From the NCBI RefSeq assembly GCF_963921235.1, contig NC_086097.1, positions 178,624,001-178,688,000 on the forward strand: a stretch of 64,000 nucleotides of DNA, read 5' to 3'. Shown one piece after another: positions 12,630 to 26,769 of the stretch (the first letter of the stretch is position 1; each line of letters opens with the position of its first letter). Position numbers and translations under genes: made by a program. This DNA comes from Mobula hypostoma. Taxonomy: Eukaryota. Below the pieces are notes generated by a model that had not been told where the DNA came from, made no database searches, and was given only the letters and a program-made list of their open reading frames with translations.

Positions 12630-13100
12630 TAGAAACATAGAGAACATAGAAAACCTACAGCACAATACAGGCCCTTTGGCCCACAAAGTTGTGCCGAACA
12701 TGTCCCTACCTTAGAAATTACTAGGGTTACCTATAGCCCTCTATTTTACTAAGCTCCATGTCCCTATCCAAAAGTCTCTTAAAAGACCCTATCGTATCCG
12801 CCTCCACCACTGTTGCCAGCAGCCCATTCCACACACTCACCACTCTCTGCGTAAAAACACTTACCCCTGACATCTCCACTGTACCTGCTCCCCAGCACCT
12901 TAAACCTGTGCCCTTTTGTGGCAGCCAATTCAGCCCTGGGAAAAAGCCTCTGATTATCCACACGATCAATGCCTCTCATCATCTTACACACCTCTATCAG
13001 GTCACCTCTCATCCTCTGTCACTCCAAGGAGAAAAGGCTGAGTTCACTCAACCTGTTTAAATAAGGCATGCTCCCCAATCCAGGCAACATCCTTGTAAAT
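12630..13100 (-). mobile_element. Relatively young CR1 3' end
   Basis: Encodes FTRMLPGL...MRGDLIEVCKMMRGIDRVD...FTQRVVSVWNGL...SFKRLLD, with a (tttctatg)-type tail. Confidence 0.9.
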
Positions 13101-13989
13101 TTGTTTAGATGCTTCTCAGATGTGAGAGTCTTTGGCCCAGAAAGCAGTGGGGTCTTGATTCCAGTCACCCTCTGGGTAAAAATGTACTCTCTCTGGAAGT
13201 GGTTCACTATCTAATACCCCAATAATGTATCATACCACTCCTTCAGCTGCTCCACGCTAGGAAAACAAACCCAGCCAATCTGGTCTCTCCTTTTCAAAAT
13301 GCTCTGGTGCAGCTATTCTGGTGAATCTCCTCTGTCTATAGCAGGCCCTGGGACTCATCTAGTTCATGCCAAACTGGTATTCTATTTACCTGCACCTGGA
13401 CCATATCCTTCCAAACCTCTCTCATCCATGTACCTATCCAAACTTCTCTTGAATGTTACAATTGAACTCGCGTCTACCACTTCCAGGGCAGTTCGTTCCA
13501 CACTCACACCTTCCTTTGAGTGAAGAAATTTCCCCTCAGATTCCCTTTTAATATTTCACCTTTCACCCTAAACCTATGACCTCTAATTCCAGTCTCACAA
13601 ACCTGAGAGGAAAGAGCATCCATGCATTCACCCGACTATACCACTCATAATGAGCACTTCTGTCACATATTTGCTAATGTTTATTCTTGCTTTATGAAAA
13701 GATCTTTGCCCCAGTTATTTGTTGATTGCTAAGTGCTCTTCAGGAATGTGCGCAACAATAACAGACTGAATCTCCATCAGAAACGTAATCAACAACCGCG
13801 CCACAGTCATCAATATCACAGTCTTTTAGACAGACCCATCCAAAAACAGCACTGCTAGGCAATAACTGCGTCCACACCAGAAATTAACCTCAAGGATGTT
13901 CGAAGTGAATGGTGACTGGACCCTGATCTACAGAGTGTAATTGATAGTCTGGTCTTCATCAAGGATCCATCCACCAAGGCAAATGTCAT

Positions 13990-14430
13990 CAGAATCAGGT
14001 TCATCATCACTGACGTATGTTGTGAAATTTGTTATTTGTGGCAGCAGCACAGTGCAAAACTTAAAAAGTTACTAGAAGTTACAAAACATAAATAAGTAAA
14101 CAGTGTGAAAGAGGAATAGGGAGGTAGTGTTCATGGACCGTTTAGAAATTTGACGGCAGATGGGAGGAAGCTGTTCCTAAATCATTGAGTGGGGATCTTC
14201 AAGCTCCTGTACCTCCTCCCCCATAGTACTGTAGTAATGAGAAGAGGGTCTGTCCCGACAGTGAGGATCGTTAATGATGCTGCTGCCTTCTCGTGGCACC
14301 ACTGGTGGGGAGGGTTGTGCCCATGAAGGAACTGGCTGAGCCTACAACACGCTGCAGTCTCTCGTGATCCTGGTGCATTGGAGCCTCTGTACAGTCAATC
14401 AGAATGCTGCCCACCGTATGTCTACAGCCC
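13990..14430 (-). mobile_element. Rex1/Babar 3' fragment
   Basis: The tail appears as cagaatcaggtt on the + strand. A coding remnant reads QDHERLQRVVGSASSFMGTTLP. Confidence 0.75.
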
Positions 14431-15694
14431 CCGGGTTCTCTTGATGTCTCATACTGGCTGATTATATTAATGAGCACACAGCACAGGAACAAGCCCTTCA
14501 GCCCAACATGTCTGTGCTGAACATGGTGCCAAATTAAGCCTTAGCCAGCACATGATCCATGTCCCTCTATTCCTGCATGTTCATGTGTCTATCTCAAGGC
14601 CCCTAAAATGCAACTGTTGTATCTGCCTCCACCACCACCCCTGGCAGCCTGTTCCAGGCACCCACCACTCTGTAAAAAAAAAACTTGCCTGGTAAACCTA
14701 AACCTATCCACAATTCAACATTTCTGCTTGGGGAAAAGACTCTGCCAATCTTACCCATGCATCTTCTATAAACTTCTATTTTACAAACTTCTTTCAAAGG
14801 AAGAGTCAGTGGTCAGGCACAGAAGGGGGCTGTTCTGCCCATTCTGTCTGTACTAGCTGCAAAAGATCAACCCACTTTCTGTCCTTGGCCTTGTGAGCAC
14901 GGGAATCTGGCTCAGACACTGAGATGGTGAGCTGAAAATCACTATCTTCTGATGTGAAAGGCATCTGTACCCATTTTTGGTTCAATGGGTTTTTAAATCA
15001 AGGGCGTGTGCTCTATGAACAATACTCCAAAACCTCAGTAGCATCCATGGAAATGACTTGCTGAGGTCTCAAGGGCCACAGAGCAAGTGGTTCTTCAATA
15101 TTAATATGGAGCAGCACACGTGTGAGGGGCAAAGTTTAAAATTCTGAGTTGGAAACCCATTCACACCTCACAGCCATTGTGTGAGATCGATTATTCTTCC
15201 TGGAGCTGAGGTGATAATTGCTTAACAGTTATTCTGTCTTTCATTTCCTTCTTCAATGTTGAGCTCAGATTTTAACATTTCTGTCTAGACTGATCTTCCC
15301 TGGGACTCTGTTCTAGCTGTAGGCTCTGGGGTCTCTCTGTGTGGGTGCAGCTTAATTTTAAAGAGCATTTCCTTGCTAAGTTGTAACCTACGGTAGTTAT
15401 ATCACTTGGGGTGGTGGGGGTGGGGGAAGAACTGAGAGAAAGAGAAACAGAGAGGGAGAGGGAGAATTCTTCCTCATCTCTGGAGATGAGTGAAGTACCT
15501 CGGGTGACACAGTCGGTGCTAGTGACATGTCAGTTCTACTGTTGTCTGTAAGGAACTTGTATGTTTGTGGGTATGATTGGGCAGCAGGGGCTTGTTGGGC
15601 AGAAAGGCCCATTACTGTGCTGTATCTCTAAATAAAGAAAATAAATTAAATAATTTTTCCATTCCTGTTGAAGGAGTTTGGCCTTGAGTGGATT

Positions 15695-15900
15695 GTTAGT
15701 GGTTAGCATAACATGATTACAGTTCCTGCCGTTGTCCGTAAGTAGTTTGTATGTTCTCCCTGTGACGGCATGGGTTTCCTCTGGGTGTCCTGGTTTCCTC
15801 CGACATTCCAAAAATGTAGAGGTTGGTAGGTTAATTGGTCGCGTGGGTGGAATTGGGCAGCACGAGCTCGTGGGCCAGAGGGGCCTATTAAAAATAAAAT
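15695..15900 (+). mobile_element. V-SINE with a CR1-type tail
   Basis: tagtggttagcataac...gtatgttctccctgtgacggcatgggtttcctctgggtgtcctggtttcctcc...gggccagaggggccta. Confidence 0.75.
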
Positions 15901-16104
15901 TAAAAAGTAATGCAAGATGTTAGCTTAAATGAACACATTTTATATCAACAATCCATATATAGATTCTGTAGGAGGGTTGGTTCCTGTTGGAGACAGTGCT
16001 GAGTGATGGACTCTGCCAGAAACAACTGAGGTCATACACGGCACATTTGATTCAAAACTGCATAAAGTGACGTCACATTTTTTGTTCTCGTATTTTGATT
16101 TTAG

Positions 16105-16137
16105 TGACGACTTCGCAAAGAAGATGCAGGATCCAGT
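16105..16137 (+). CDS. Candidate 33-nt symmetric (phase 2-2) coding exon (T-DDFAKKMQDP-V)
   Basis: Acceptor tttttgttctcgtattttgattttag, donor gtgagt, length a multiple of 3, non-repeat flanks. Confidence 0.6.
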
Positions 16138-17165
16138 GTGAGTTTAATTCTTCTTTGAGGATCTTGTGTGTAAAGTCACAAGATGCACGGGGGATGCTTG
16201 ACAAAGTTTTTAGAGTTTCAGCCTTGCGTACTGGAAGATCTTCCCACTCCTGCCGCTAGGCTTGTTAAGGAAAACCCATTTGATAGCAGCCTGTGTTTGT
16301 ACTGAGATCAAGTAACACATTTATGTCACCTGATATTAGAATTGTTTTATTATTGTCACATGTATTGATTTATAGTTTAAAGCTTGTCTTGCATTCCACC
16401 CATACAGTCAACTCAACACAACCGTGCATCGAGATGGTGCAGGGGAAAACAATAGGCCAGTTACAATGGAAGTAATGAGTAAATTTGCAGAGAGCAGCTT
16501 GTATTGAGTTTCCACACTAACAAGAGGCACAGACAGGGGTGATAGTCAATATCTTTTCCCATGGTAGGGGGGTTGAAACTACAGAGCATAGGTTTAGGGT
16601 GAGAGGTAGGAGTTTCAGAGAGGATATGAGGAGCATTTTTTTTATACAGAGAGCGGTTGATATCTGGAATGTGCTGTCAGAGGAGGTGATTCAATCAGAT
16701 TCAGTCACTATGTTTAAGAGACTCCCATTAGGCTGACACAAAAGCCTGAATGCACCTATTAGCAGGCTCAAGGACAGCTTCTATCCCCCTGTTGTAAGAC
16801 TATTAATTGGTTCCCAGCGACCAGAATCAGGATTTTTGTCACTGACATACAGGGGCATGCAGAAGTTTGGGCAGCCCAGGTCGAAATTTCTGTTACTGTG
16901 AATAGTTAAGTGAGTAGAAGATGAACTAATCTCCAAAAGTCATAAACTTAAAGATGAAGCATTCTTTTCAACATTTTAAGCAAGATTAGTGTGTTATTTT
17001 TGTTTTGTACAATTTTAGAGTGAAAAAGAGGAAAGGAGCACCATGCAAAAGTTTGGGCACCCCAAGAGATTTGAGCTCTCAGATAACTTTTACCAAGGTC
17101 TCAGACCTTAATTAGCTTGTTAGGGCTATGGCTTGTTCACAGTCGTCGTTAGGAAAGGCCAGGTG

Positions 17166-17190
17166 ATGCAAATTCCAAAACTTTATAAAT
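17166..17190 (+). promoter_or_regulatory. Octamer and TATA motifs upstream of the Tc1 transposase ATG
   Basis: ATGCAAAT at 17166-17173 and TATAAAT at 17184-17190, about 40 bp before the ATG at 17230. Confidence 0.4.
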
Positions 17191-17229
17191 ACCCTGACTC
17201 CTCAAACTTTGTCCCAACAATCAGCAGCC

Positions 17230-18250
<1,021 letters not shown>

Positions 18251-18865
18251 CCATGCAGGGTGCCCAAACTTTTGCTTCGGGCCCTTTTCCTTTTTCGTTA
18301 TTTTGAAACTGTAAAAGATGCAAATGAAAAAGTAATCTTGCTTAAAATATTAAAGGAATGTGTCATCTTTAACTTGGTCTTTTGGAAATCAGTTCATCTT
18401 TTACTCGCTTAGCTAGTCACAGTAACAAAAATTTCGACCGGCGTGTCCAAACTTCTGCATGCCACTGTATGTCATGAAATTTGTTGTTTTGCAGCAGAAG
18501 TACAGTGCAATAAATAAAATAATTGTGTTACAATAAGAAATGTATGTTAAAAATAAATAAATTGTGTAAAAAGAGAAGAAAATAGTGAGGGAGTGAGGAA
18601 AGACGGCCTCTCCACTGCTCGATCAACTATATCATGGTATTGCAACTTATTGTCTGCCTGCACTGCACTTTCTCTGTAACTGTAACACTTCATTCTGCAC
18701 TCTGTTCTTGTACACCCAGGAGGCAATCAGGGAACTGCTGGAATGCACACTACCCCTGTCATTAGGCACAGGGTTGAGGATTCTGAGCATCAACCCTGTG
18801 CTTGCCCTCCAAATAGATCAACTGCTCTGTATTAACCCATAACCCTGCAATCTTATCAGAGGCAA

Positions 18866-19168
18866 AAGAGATTCTGCAGATGCTGCATATCTTGAGCAAA
18901 ACACACGAAATGGTGGAAGAACTCAGCAAGTCAGGCAGCATCTATGGAGGGGGAATAAACAGTTTACATTTCGGGCCAAGACCCTCCCTGCTTTGTACTT
19001 CATATCTCCCTCCTCCACCCACCCACCTTCTTCTCAACTGGTCTCGCATATCAGCTGCCTCCATTCTCACTTTCCCTTCTTTTCCAGTCCTGATGAAGTG
19101 TCAGCCCAAAATTTCAACCGTTTATTCCCCTCCATAGATGCTGACTTCCTCCAGCATTTTCTGTGTTG
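18866..19168. mobile_element. Inverted pair of Penelope terminal repeats
   Basis: cagcatctatggagggggaataaacag pairs with cgtttattcccctccatagatgctg. A decayed + strand hammerhead lies at 19085. Confidence 0.8.
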
Positions 19169-19169
19169 C

Positions 19170-19845
19170 GCAGAGGATCTGTCCTGGGACCAGCACATAA
19201 TTGCCATCACAAAGAAATCACAACCGAGTTTCTTCGAAGTTTGCCTGGATTTAACAAGCCACCAAAATTTTTGATAAGCTTCTATTGCTGCACAGTGGAG
19301 ATTATCCAAACTGGGTGCATCACAGCATGGTATGGAAACTCTAATGCCCAGGAACAGAAAAAGCTAAAGAATTTGGTGGATACAGCTCAGTCCATTACAG
19401 GCAAAGGTGTTCCTGCCATTGAGTACATTTTCATGGAGCAGCACCACAGGAATACATCAACCATCATCAAAGACCCCCACCATCAAGGCCATGCTGTCTT
19501 CTCATTACTCCTATTAGGAAGGAAGTTCCCCCACTACCTGGTTCAGGAACAGTTATTACCCTACAACTATCAGGCTCCTGAACCATTGTGGATAACTTCA
19601 ATCACCACTACTCTGAAATGATGCTACAACCTTTCAAAGACTCTTTGAAACTCTTGTTCTTAGTGTTTTTTTATTTGCACTGTTTGTCACATTTTGCATT
19701 GGTTTGTCAGTCTTTGTTCACGTACAGCTTTTCATGAAATATTATTACATTTGTTTTTTCAAAGAATGTCTGCAATAAAGGGTGGTAGATTGTAACATAT
19801 AGTATGTACTTTGATAATAAATTTACTTTGAACTTTGAAGTTTGA
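19170..19845 (+). mobile_element. Rex1/Babar 3' fragment
   Basis: Encodes FYCCTVE..TGCITAWYGN...IIKDPHHQGHAVFSLL, with tail aataaatttactttgaactttga. Confidence 0.85.
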
Positions 19846-21039
19846 ATCTTTCTAGTTCAAGTGTTTCGAGATGACATGGACAGGGTGGTAAAGGAGGTAC
19901 TTGGCACACTATCAGTAGTGGAGTCGAAACGTTATGTTGCAGTTACACAATAGAGACTGCACTCGGACAATTGTGTTCAGTTTTGGTCACCCTGTTAAAG
20001 GGAAGGCATAATTAAATTGGAATAAGTGTGGAGAATTACTAGGATGCTGTCAGAATGTGAGGGCCTGAGCCATAAGGAGAGGTTGGGAAAGCGAGAACTT
20101 TATTTATCAGAGGATAGACAAGTAAAGGGTGACTTTACAGAGATGTATAAAACCACCAAGGTTTTGAGGGATATGGGCCAAATGCCTGTGTGACTGACTC
20201 TATGTATCTTTGATCTAAATTCCATTGAATTTGCTTCAGAGAGCGCTGCATGGGAATGAATTTCCTCATCTCCAACCCTTGTTCCTGGAAAGGTGTTATG
20301 CAGCATTATGGTGTTACAGGACTGGTCAGACATGATCAGACCTACGCATTTAAATTCCACTACAGCAGCATGGCAACTTAAATTTGTTTTTAAATAAATC
20401 TTTAGATCCTTTAAAAGTCTCAGTAATGGTAACCATTGTTGTAACAACCCACCTAAGTTATGATGTTATGACAGCACAGAAACAGGTCCTTCAGCTCAAC
20501 TAGTCCAGTTGACCCAGGAGCCTTCCTGACTGGCCCTTTATTCCTCTGAACCTTTCCTATCCATGTACCTGTCCAATTGTCTTAAACATTCTAATTGCGC
20601 CCACCCAGAACGGGGGTCCCCAACCTTTTTTGCACCGTGGACCGGTTTATTATTGACAATGGTCTTGCGGATCGGCCGACGGTGGGGGGGGGGGGGGCGG
20701 GGGGCGGTGTTCAAGTAGGGTTGCCAACTTTCTCGCTCCCAAATAAGGGACAAAAGTAGCAGTCAAACACGGAACACTTGTGTTTACCCCGAGAAAGACT
20801 ACCATGACCATGAAGCCTTGCGCGGGCACCTGTGTGTGCATGCGTGTACGTGCCGATTTTTTTTCCCTACAAATCGGTTTTGGCTTAATCTTCCTGATTC
20901 TGTTAAGTGAAACTACACTGTACATACATTATTTCTATTTTATATAGGCTGTATATTTATCATATCATTCCTGCTTTTACTATATTTTAGTGTTATTTTA
21001 GGTTTTATGTGTTATTTGGTATGATTTGGTAGGTTATTT

Positions 21040-24000
21040 GGTAGAGGGATGGGAACCAGTGCAGAGAGACAGAGGGGTGTAAAGTGAGCGTAGAAGCAAA
21101 AAGTACAAAGGGGAAAAGTAAAAGTGGCAGGCCGACAAATCCAGGGCAAGCATTAAAAAGGGCTAAGAGAGTTGTAAAAGAGTGCCTGAAGGCTTTATGT
21201 GTCAATGCAAGGAGCATTCGTAATAAGGTGGATGAATTGAAAGTGCAGATTGTTATTAATGATTATGATATAGTTGGGATCACAGAGACATGGCTCCAGG
21301 GTGACCAGGGATGGGAGCTCAACGTTCAGGGATATTCAATATTCAGGAGGGATAGACACGAAGGAAGGGGAGGTGGGGTGGCGTTGCTGGTTAAAAAAGA
21401 GATTAACGCAATAGAAAGGAAGGACATAAGCCGGGAAGATGTGGAATCGATATGGGTAGAGCTGCGTAACACTAAGGGGCAGAAGACGCTGGTGGGAGTT
21501 GTGTACAGGCCACCTAACAGTAGTAGTGAGGTCGGAGATGGTATTAAACAGGAAATTAGAAATGTGTGCAATAAAGGAACAGCAGTTATAATGGGTGACT
21601 TCAATCTACATGTAGACTGGGTGTACCAAATTGGTAAAGGTGCTGAGGAAGAGGATTTCTTGGAATGTATGCGGGATGGTTTTTTGAACCAACATGTCGA
21701 GGAACCGACTAGAGAGCAGGCTATTCTGGACTGGGTTTTGAGCAATGAGGAAGGGTTAATTAGCGATCTTGTCGTGAGAGGCCCCTTGGGTAAGAGTGAC
21801 CATAATATGGTGGAATTCTTCATTAACATGGAGAGTGACGTAGTTAATTCAGAAACAAAGGTTCTGAACTTAAAGAGGGGTAACTTTGAAGGTATGAGAC
21901 ATGAATTAGCTAAGATAGACTGGCAAATGACACTTCAAGGATTGACGGTGGATATGCAATGGCAGGCATTTAAAGGTTGCATGGATGAACTACAACAATT
22001 GTTCATCCCAGTTTGGCAAAAGAATAAATCAAGGAAGGTAGTGCACCCGTGGCTGACAAGAGAAATTAGGGATAGTATCAATTCCAAAGAAGTAGCATAC
22101 AAATTAGCCAGAGAAAGTGGCTCACCTGAGGACTGGGAGAAATTCAGAGTTCAGCAGAGGAGGACAAAGGGCTTAATTAGGAAGGGGAAAAAAGATTATG
22201 AGAGAAAACTGGCAGAGAACATAAAAACGGACTGTAAAAGCTTTTATAGATATGTAAAAAGGAAAAGACTGATAAAGACAAATGTAGGTCCCCTGCAAAC
22301 AGAAACAGGTGAATTGATTATGGGGAGCAAGGACATGGCAGACCAATTGAATAATTACTTTGGTTCTGTCTTCACTAAGGAGGACATAAATAATCTTCCA
22401 GAAATAGTAAGGGACAGAGGGTCCAGTGAGATGGAGGAACTGAGCGAAATACATGTTAGTAGGGAAGTGGTGTTAGGTAAATTGAAGGGATTGAAGGCAG
22501 ATAAATCCCCAGGGCCAGATGGTCTGCATCCCAGAGTGCTTAAGGAAGTGGCCCAAGAAATAGTGGATGCATTAGTGATAATTTTTCAAAACTCGTTAGA
22601 TTCTGGACTAGTTCCTGAGGATTGGAGGGTGGCTAATGTAACCCCACTTTTTAAAAAAGGAGGGAGAGAGAAACCGGGGAATTATAGGCCGGTTAGCCTA
22701 ACGTCGGTGGTGGGGAAACTGCTGGAGTCAGTTATCAAGGATGTGATAACAGCACATTTGGAAAGCGGTGAAATGATCGGACAAAGTCAGCATGGATTTG
22801 TGAAAGGAAAATCATGTCTGACGAATCTCATAGAATTTTTTGAGGATGTAACTAGTAGAGTGGATAGGGGAGAACCAGTGGATGTGGTATATTTGGATTT
22901 TCAAAAGGCTTTTGACAAGGTCCCACATAGGAGATTAGTGTGCAAACTTAAAGCACACGGTATTGGGGGTAAGGTATTGGTGTGGGTGGAGAATTGGTTA
23001 GCAGACAGGAAGCAAAGAGTGGGAATAAACGGGACCTTTTCAGAATGGCAGGCGGTGACTAGTGGGGTACCGCAAGGCTCAGTGCTGGGACCCCAGTTGT
23101 TTACAATATATATTAATGACTTGGATGAGGGAATTAAATGCAGCATCTCCAAGTTTGCGGATGACACGAAGCTGGGTGGCAGTGTTAGCAGTGAGGAGGA
23201 TGCTAAGAGGATGCAGGGTGACTTGGATAGGTTGGGTGAGTGGGCAAACTCATGGCAGATGCAATTTAATGTGGATAAATGTGAAGTTATCCACTTTGGT
23301 GGCAAAAATAGGAAAACAGATTATTATCTGAATGGTGGCCGATTAGGAAAAGGGGAGGTGCAACGAGACCTGGGTGTCATTATACACCAGTCATAGAAAG
23401 TGGGCATGCAGGTACAGCAGGCGGTGAAAAAGGCGAACGGTATGCTGGCATTTATAGCGAGAGGATTCGAGTACAGGAGCAGGGAGGTACTACTGCAGTT
23501 GTACAAGGCCTTGGTGAGACCACACCTGGAGTATTGTGTGCAGTTTTGGTCCCCTAATCTGAGGAAAGACATCTTTGCCATAGAGGGAGTACAAAGAAGG
23601 TTCACCAGATTGATTCCTGGGATGGCAGGTCTTTCATATGAAGAAAGACTGGATGAACTGGGCTTGTACTCGTTGGAATTTAGAAGATTGAGGGGGGATC
23701 TGATTGAAACGTATAAGATCCTAAAGGGATTGGACAGGCTAGATGCAGGAAGATTGTTCCCGATGTTGGGGAGGTCTAGAACGAGGGGTCACAGTTTGAG
23801 GATAGAGGGGAAGCCTTTTAGGACCGAGGTTAGGAAAAACTTCTTCACACAGAGAGTGGTGAATCTGTGGAATTCTCTGCCACAGCAAACTGTTGAGGCC
23901 AGTTCATTAGCTATGTTTAAAAGGAAGTTAGATATGGCCCTTGTGGCTACAGGGGTCAGGGGGTATGGAGGGAAGGCTGGGTTCTGAGTTGGATGATCAG

Positions 24001-24086
24001 CCATGATCATAATAAATGGCGGTGCAGGCTCGAAGGGCCGAATGGCCTACTCCTGCACCTATTTTTCTATGTTTCTATGTTTCTAT
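21040..24086 (+). mobile_element. Young CR1 LINE with complete ORF2 region and no ORF1 (5'-truncated)
   Basis: 7-bp TSD gttattt (21033-21039 and 24087-24093), a 3' UTR hairpin region, and a (tttctatg)n tail. Confidence 0.95.
21084..23987 (+). pseudogene. CR1 ORF2 (APE endonuclease plus reverse transcriptase) with one in-frame TAG at 23394-23396
   Basis: APE motifs NARSIRNK, GITETWL, MGDFN and SDHN. RT motifs YRPVSLTS, DFQKAFDKV, GVPQGSVLGP and KFADD. The 770-aa and 195-aa ORFs share one frame. Confidence 0.95.
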
Positions 24087-26769
24087 GTTATTTCAAGTTC
24101 AACGGTGTGTGACAGGGAATGAGGAAAGGTGCAGCTGACTCGTATCATTTCTTCTCGCCAAATCATATCGTTTCCTCGCAGCCCGGTAGCACATGTTTTG
24201 CGGCCCGGTACCGGTCCGCGGCCCAGTGATTGGGGACCACTGACCTAGAAGTTTGCTCCACGTTCTCACCAGGGTTCGGTTGGGTTCACTAACATCCTCC
24301 AGGGAAGGAGATCTGCCCACCCTCCCCGCTACACAGCCAGGCCTCCATGTGACTCCAGATCCATCAGATGAAGGGTCTCAACCTGAAATGTCAACTGTCA
24401 ATTTCCTTGGAAGAGACTTCAGTATCCACTTCCCTCCACAGTTGCTGCTTGTCTCACTGAGCTCCTCCTGCATTGTGCTTGTTCCGCTGGATTTCAGCAG
24501 CTGCAGTGCCCTTGTGTCACTAATGCTGTTAACTGACTATTTGGGTCAAGGGCAGTCAGAGATGGACAATAAATGCTGGTGTTGCTACATCCTTTGAACA
24601 AATGGTGACAATTATTTAAATCCTGTTTGCTCTATTAGAACCCAGAATCAGAATCAGGTTTATTACACTGACATTTGTTATGAAATTTGTTGTTTTTGTG
24701 GAATAATTACAGTGCAAGACATAAATACTCCTGTAAAATACAGATATAAATAAATAGAGCAGAAGAAGAATGAGGAGATAGTGTTTATGGACCATTCAGA
24801 TATCTGTTGGCAGAGGGGAAGAAACTGTCCTTCATACATTAAGTGTGGGTCTTCAGGTGCCTGTAGCTCCTTCTTGATGGTGCTAACACAAAGAGGGAAT
24901 GTCCTGGATCCTTCATTTTGGACACCTCTTTTAAATTTCCTTTTAACCTGTCCTGCTCTGAACAGATCTAGCCATGTTTCCCAGTCTCTTTGTAAATGAA
25001 ATCTTTCACCCTTCCTTCCCCCTTGAAGTACACTGCCCAGAACTGACCACAGCACTTCTGCTGAGGTCTAACCAGTGTTTGATTGATGTTATGTTTAACT
25101 TCCTTATTTTGGCAAAGCATGCTGCTGTTTATATATCCACGGATCTCTGTGTGTCTGTTTAGCGGTCTTCTGCAGAATATGAAGCTGTGTAGAATGTATT
25201 GGGAAATGACACATTTACAAATAGAGCTGTCATACTTAGCGTGTGACAGGGAGAGAATTGTTGTGACATGCAAAATGACACAGTCTTATGAAGGAATGCT
25301 CTGATTACGAGCCGGTAATCTAACATTGCTCAGCACTTAACACACTCTCACAGTTGTGATGTCATGCATATAATTTTCTTCTCCCTGAAACACTCTAATA
25401 AATGCAGTGAAGAATTCCAGAGCAAGGACAAAAATGCTGGAAAAACTTATCAGGTCAGGCAGCATCCAAGAGAAGGGATCCAAGGGAAGGGAAGTTAACG
25501 TTCCTTGTCTGGGGCCTCCACTTAAATAGTTCTGGGTGATTCATGGAGTCATACAGCACAGAAGGACCCTCTAGTCTAGGCTGACGTGGTCTTCTGTCTA
25601 GTCCCATCTATCCCACGCTGGCCATAGCCCTTCGAGCCCCTCTCATTCATGTACCAATCCAAACTTCTCTTAAATGTTACAGTTAAACTTGCATCTACCA
25701 CTTCTGCTGGCAGCTCACAGCTCATTCCATGTTTGCACCATCCTCTGAGTGAAGCTCCGTCTCAGGTTCTCCTTAAATATCTCACCTTTCAACTTTAACC
25801 TATGGAAAGGGAATTGAAATTAGTTTATTATTGTCAAAGTACCGCGAAAAACTTAGTTTTGCAAGCCATCGAAGCGGATAATTTCAAAAAAATAAATGCA
25901 TGGGGGTAGTACAAAAGGAAGAGCATAACAAAGAGCAGAGTCGGCTTACAGCTACAGAGGCTGTGCAGATAAACAGAAAAGTGCAAGATCGTAACGAGGT
26001 AGGTTATGAGACTAGGAGTCCATTTTAATGTAGAAGAGGACTGTTCATCAGTCTGATGCCAATGGGATAGAAGCTATCCCTGAGCCTGGTAGTGTGTGCT
26101 TTCAGACTTATGCATCTTCTGCCTGAAGGAAGAAGGAAGAATGATTGGGGTGGGTGGAGCCTTTGATGATGTTGGCTTCTTTACTTAGGCAGCCAGTAGC
26201 ATCAAAGACTCCACCTACCTCCTGTAATGGGGGGACCAGAACTGAATGCCATGTATACCCCAGGTGCGACCTGGCCAGAGTTTACAAAGTTGCATCATAA
26301 CTTCCCGACTCTTGTGTCGATACCCCGCTACCTTCTGGCCACTTTGTGGCCCATGAACTAGAGCTAGGGCTGAGTTTTGTCTGGAGCAGTTTCTGTGTTC
26401 AGTGATGCATACAAGCTGTGTAAGCTCTCAGGCTGGACTGCTGCACACACTGTCCCTTTGTCTGCACGTGCACGTTCACTGTTCTCCAGGCCTCTTCCTG
26501 TCAGCTGCTTTCATTCCACCCTGGGCAAGCGGACTCCACTTGTTCACGGGTGTTAGTGCGGTGACAGATTATCAAACGCATTGGATTCTTATTTGAAAAG
26601 CTGTTCTCCCTGATGGTGGAGATGTCTCCCGATGCCAGGATGTGATCCATTTTGTGTTTGTTTAAAAAAGCAAGCAGCTCAGATTTCACCTCAAACTCCC
26701 ATCTATCTCACCCAACCTCTTAACATTCAGTTACAAAGAATTGGCTGAAATGTTAAGCAGACCTCTCTA

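Larger units (their letters stand above)
20611..24242. mobile_element. hAT (Charlie-like) MITE with nested inserts
   Basis: TIRs are cgggggtccccaacc and gattggggaccactg. The 8-bp TSD is acccagaa (20603-20610) and acctagaa (24243-24250). Subterminal gcggcccggt repeats are present. Confidence 0.85.

Noticed and set aside
23394..23396. Programmed readthrough of the TAG in CR1 ORF2
   Set aside because: There is no readthrough context, and the CR1 copy near 56460 has Leu at this position (SSLKV), so a point mutation is simpler.
21326..24010. Several minus-strand ORFs of 73-167 aa
   Set aside because: They are antisense shadows of the CR1 ORF2.
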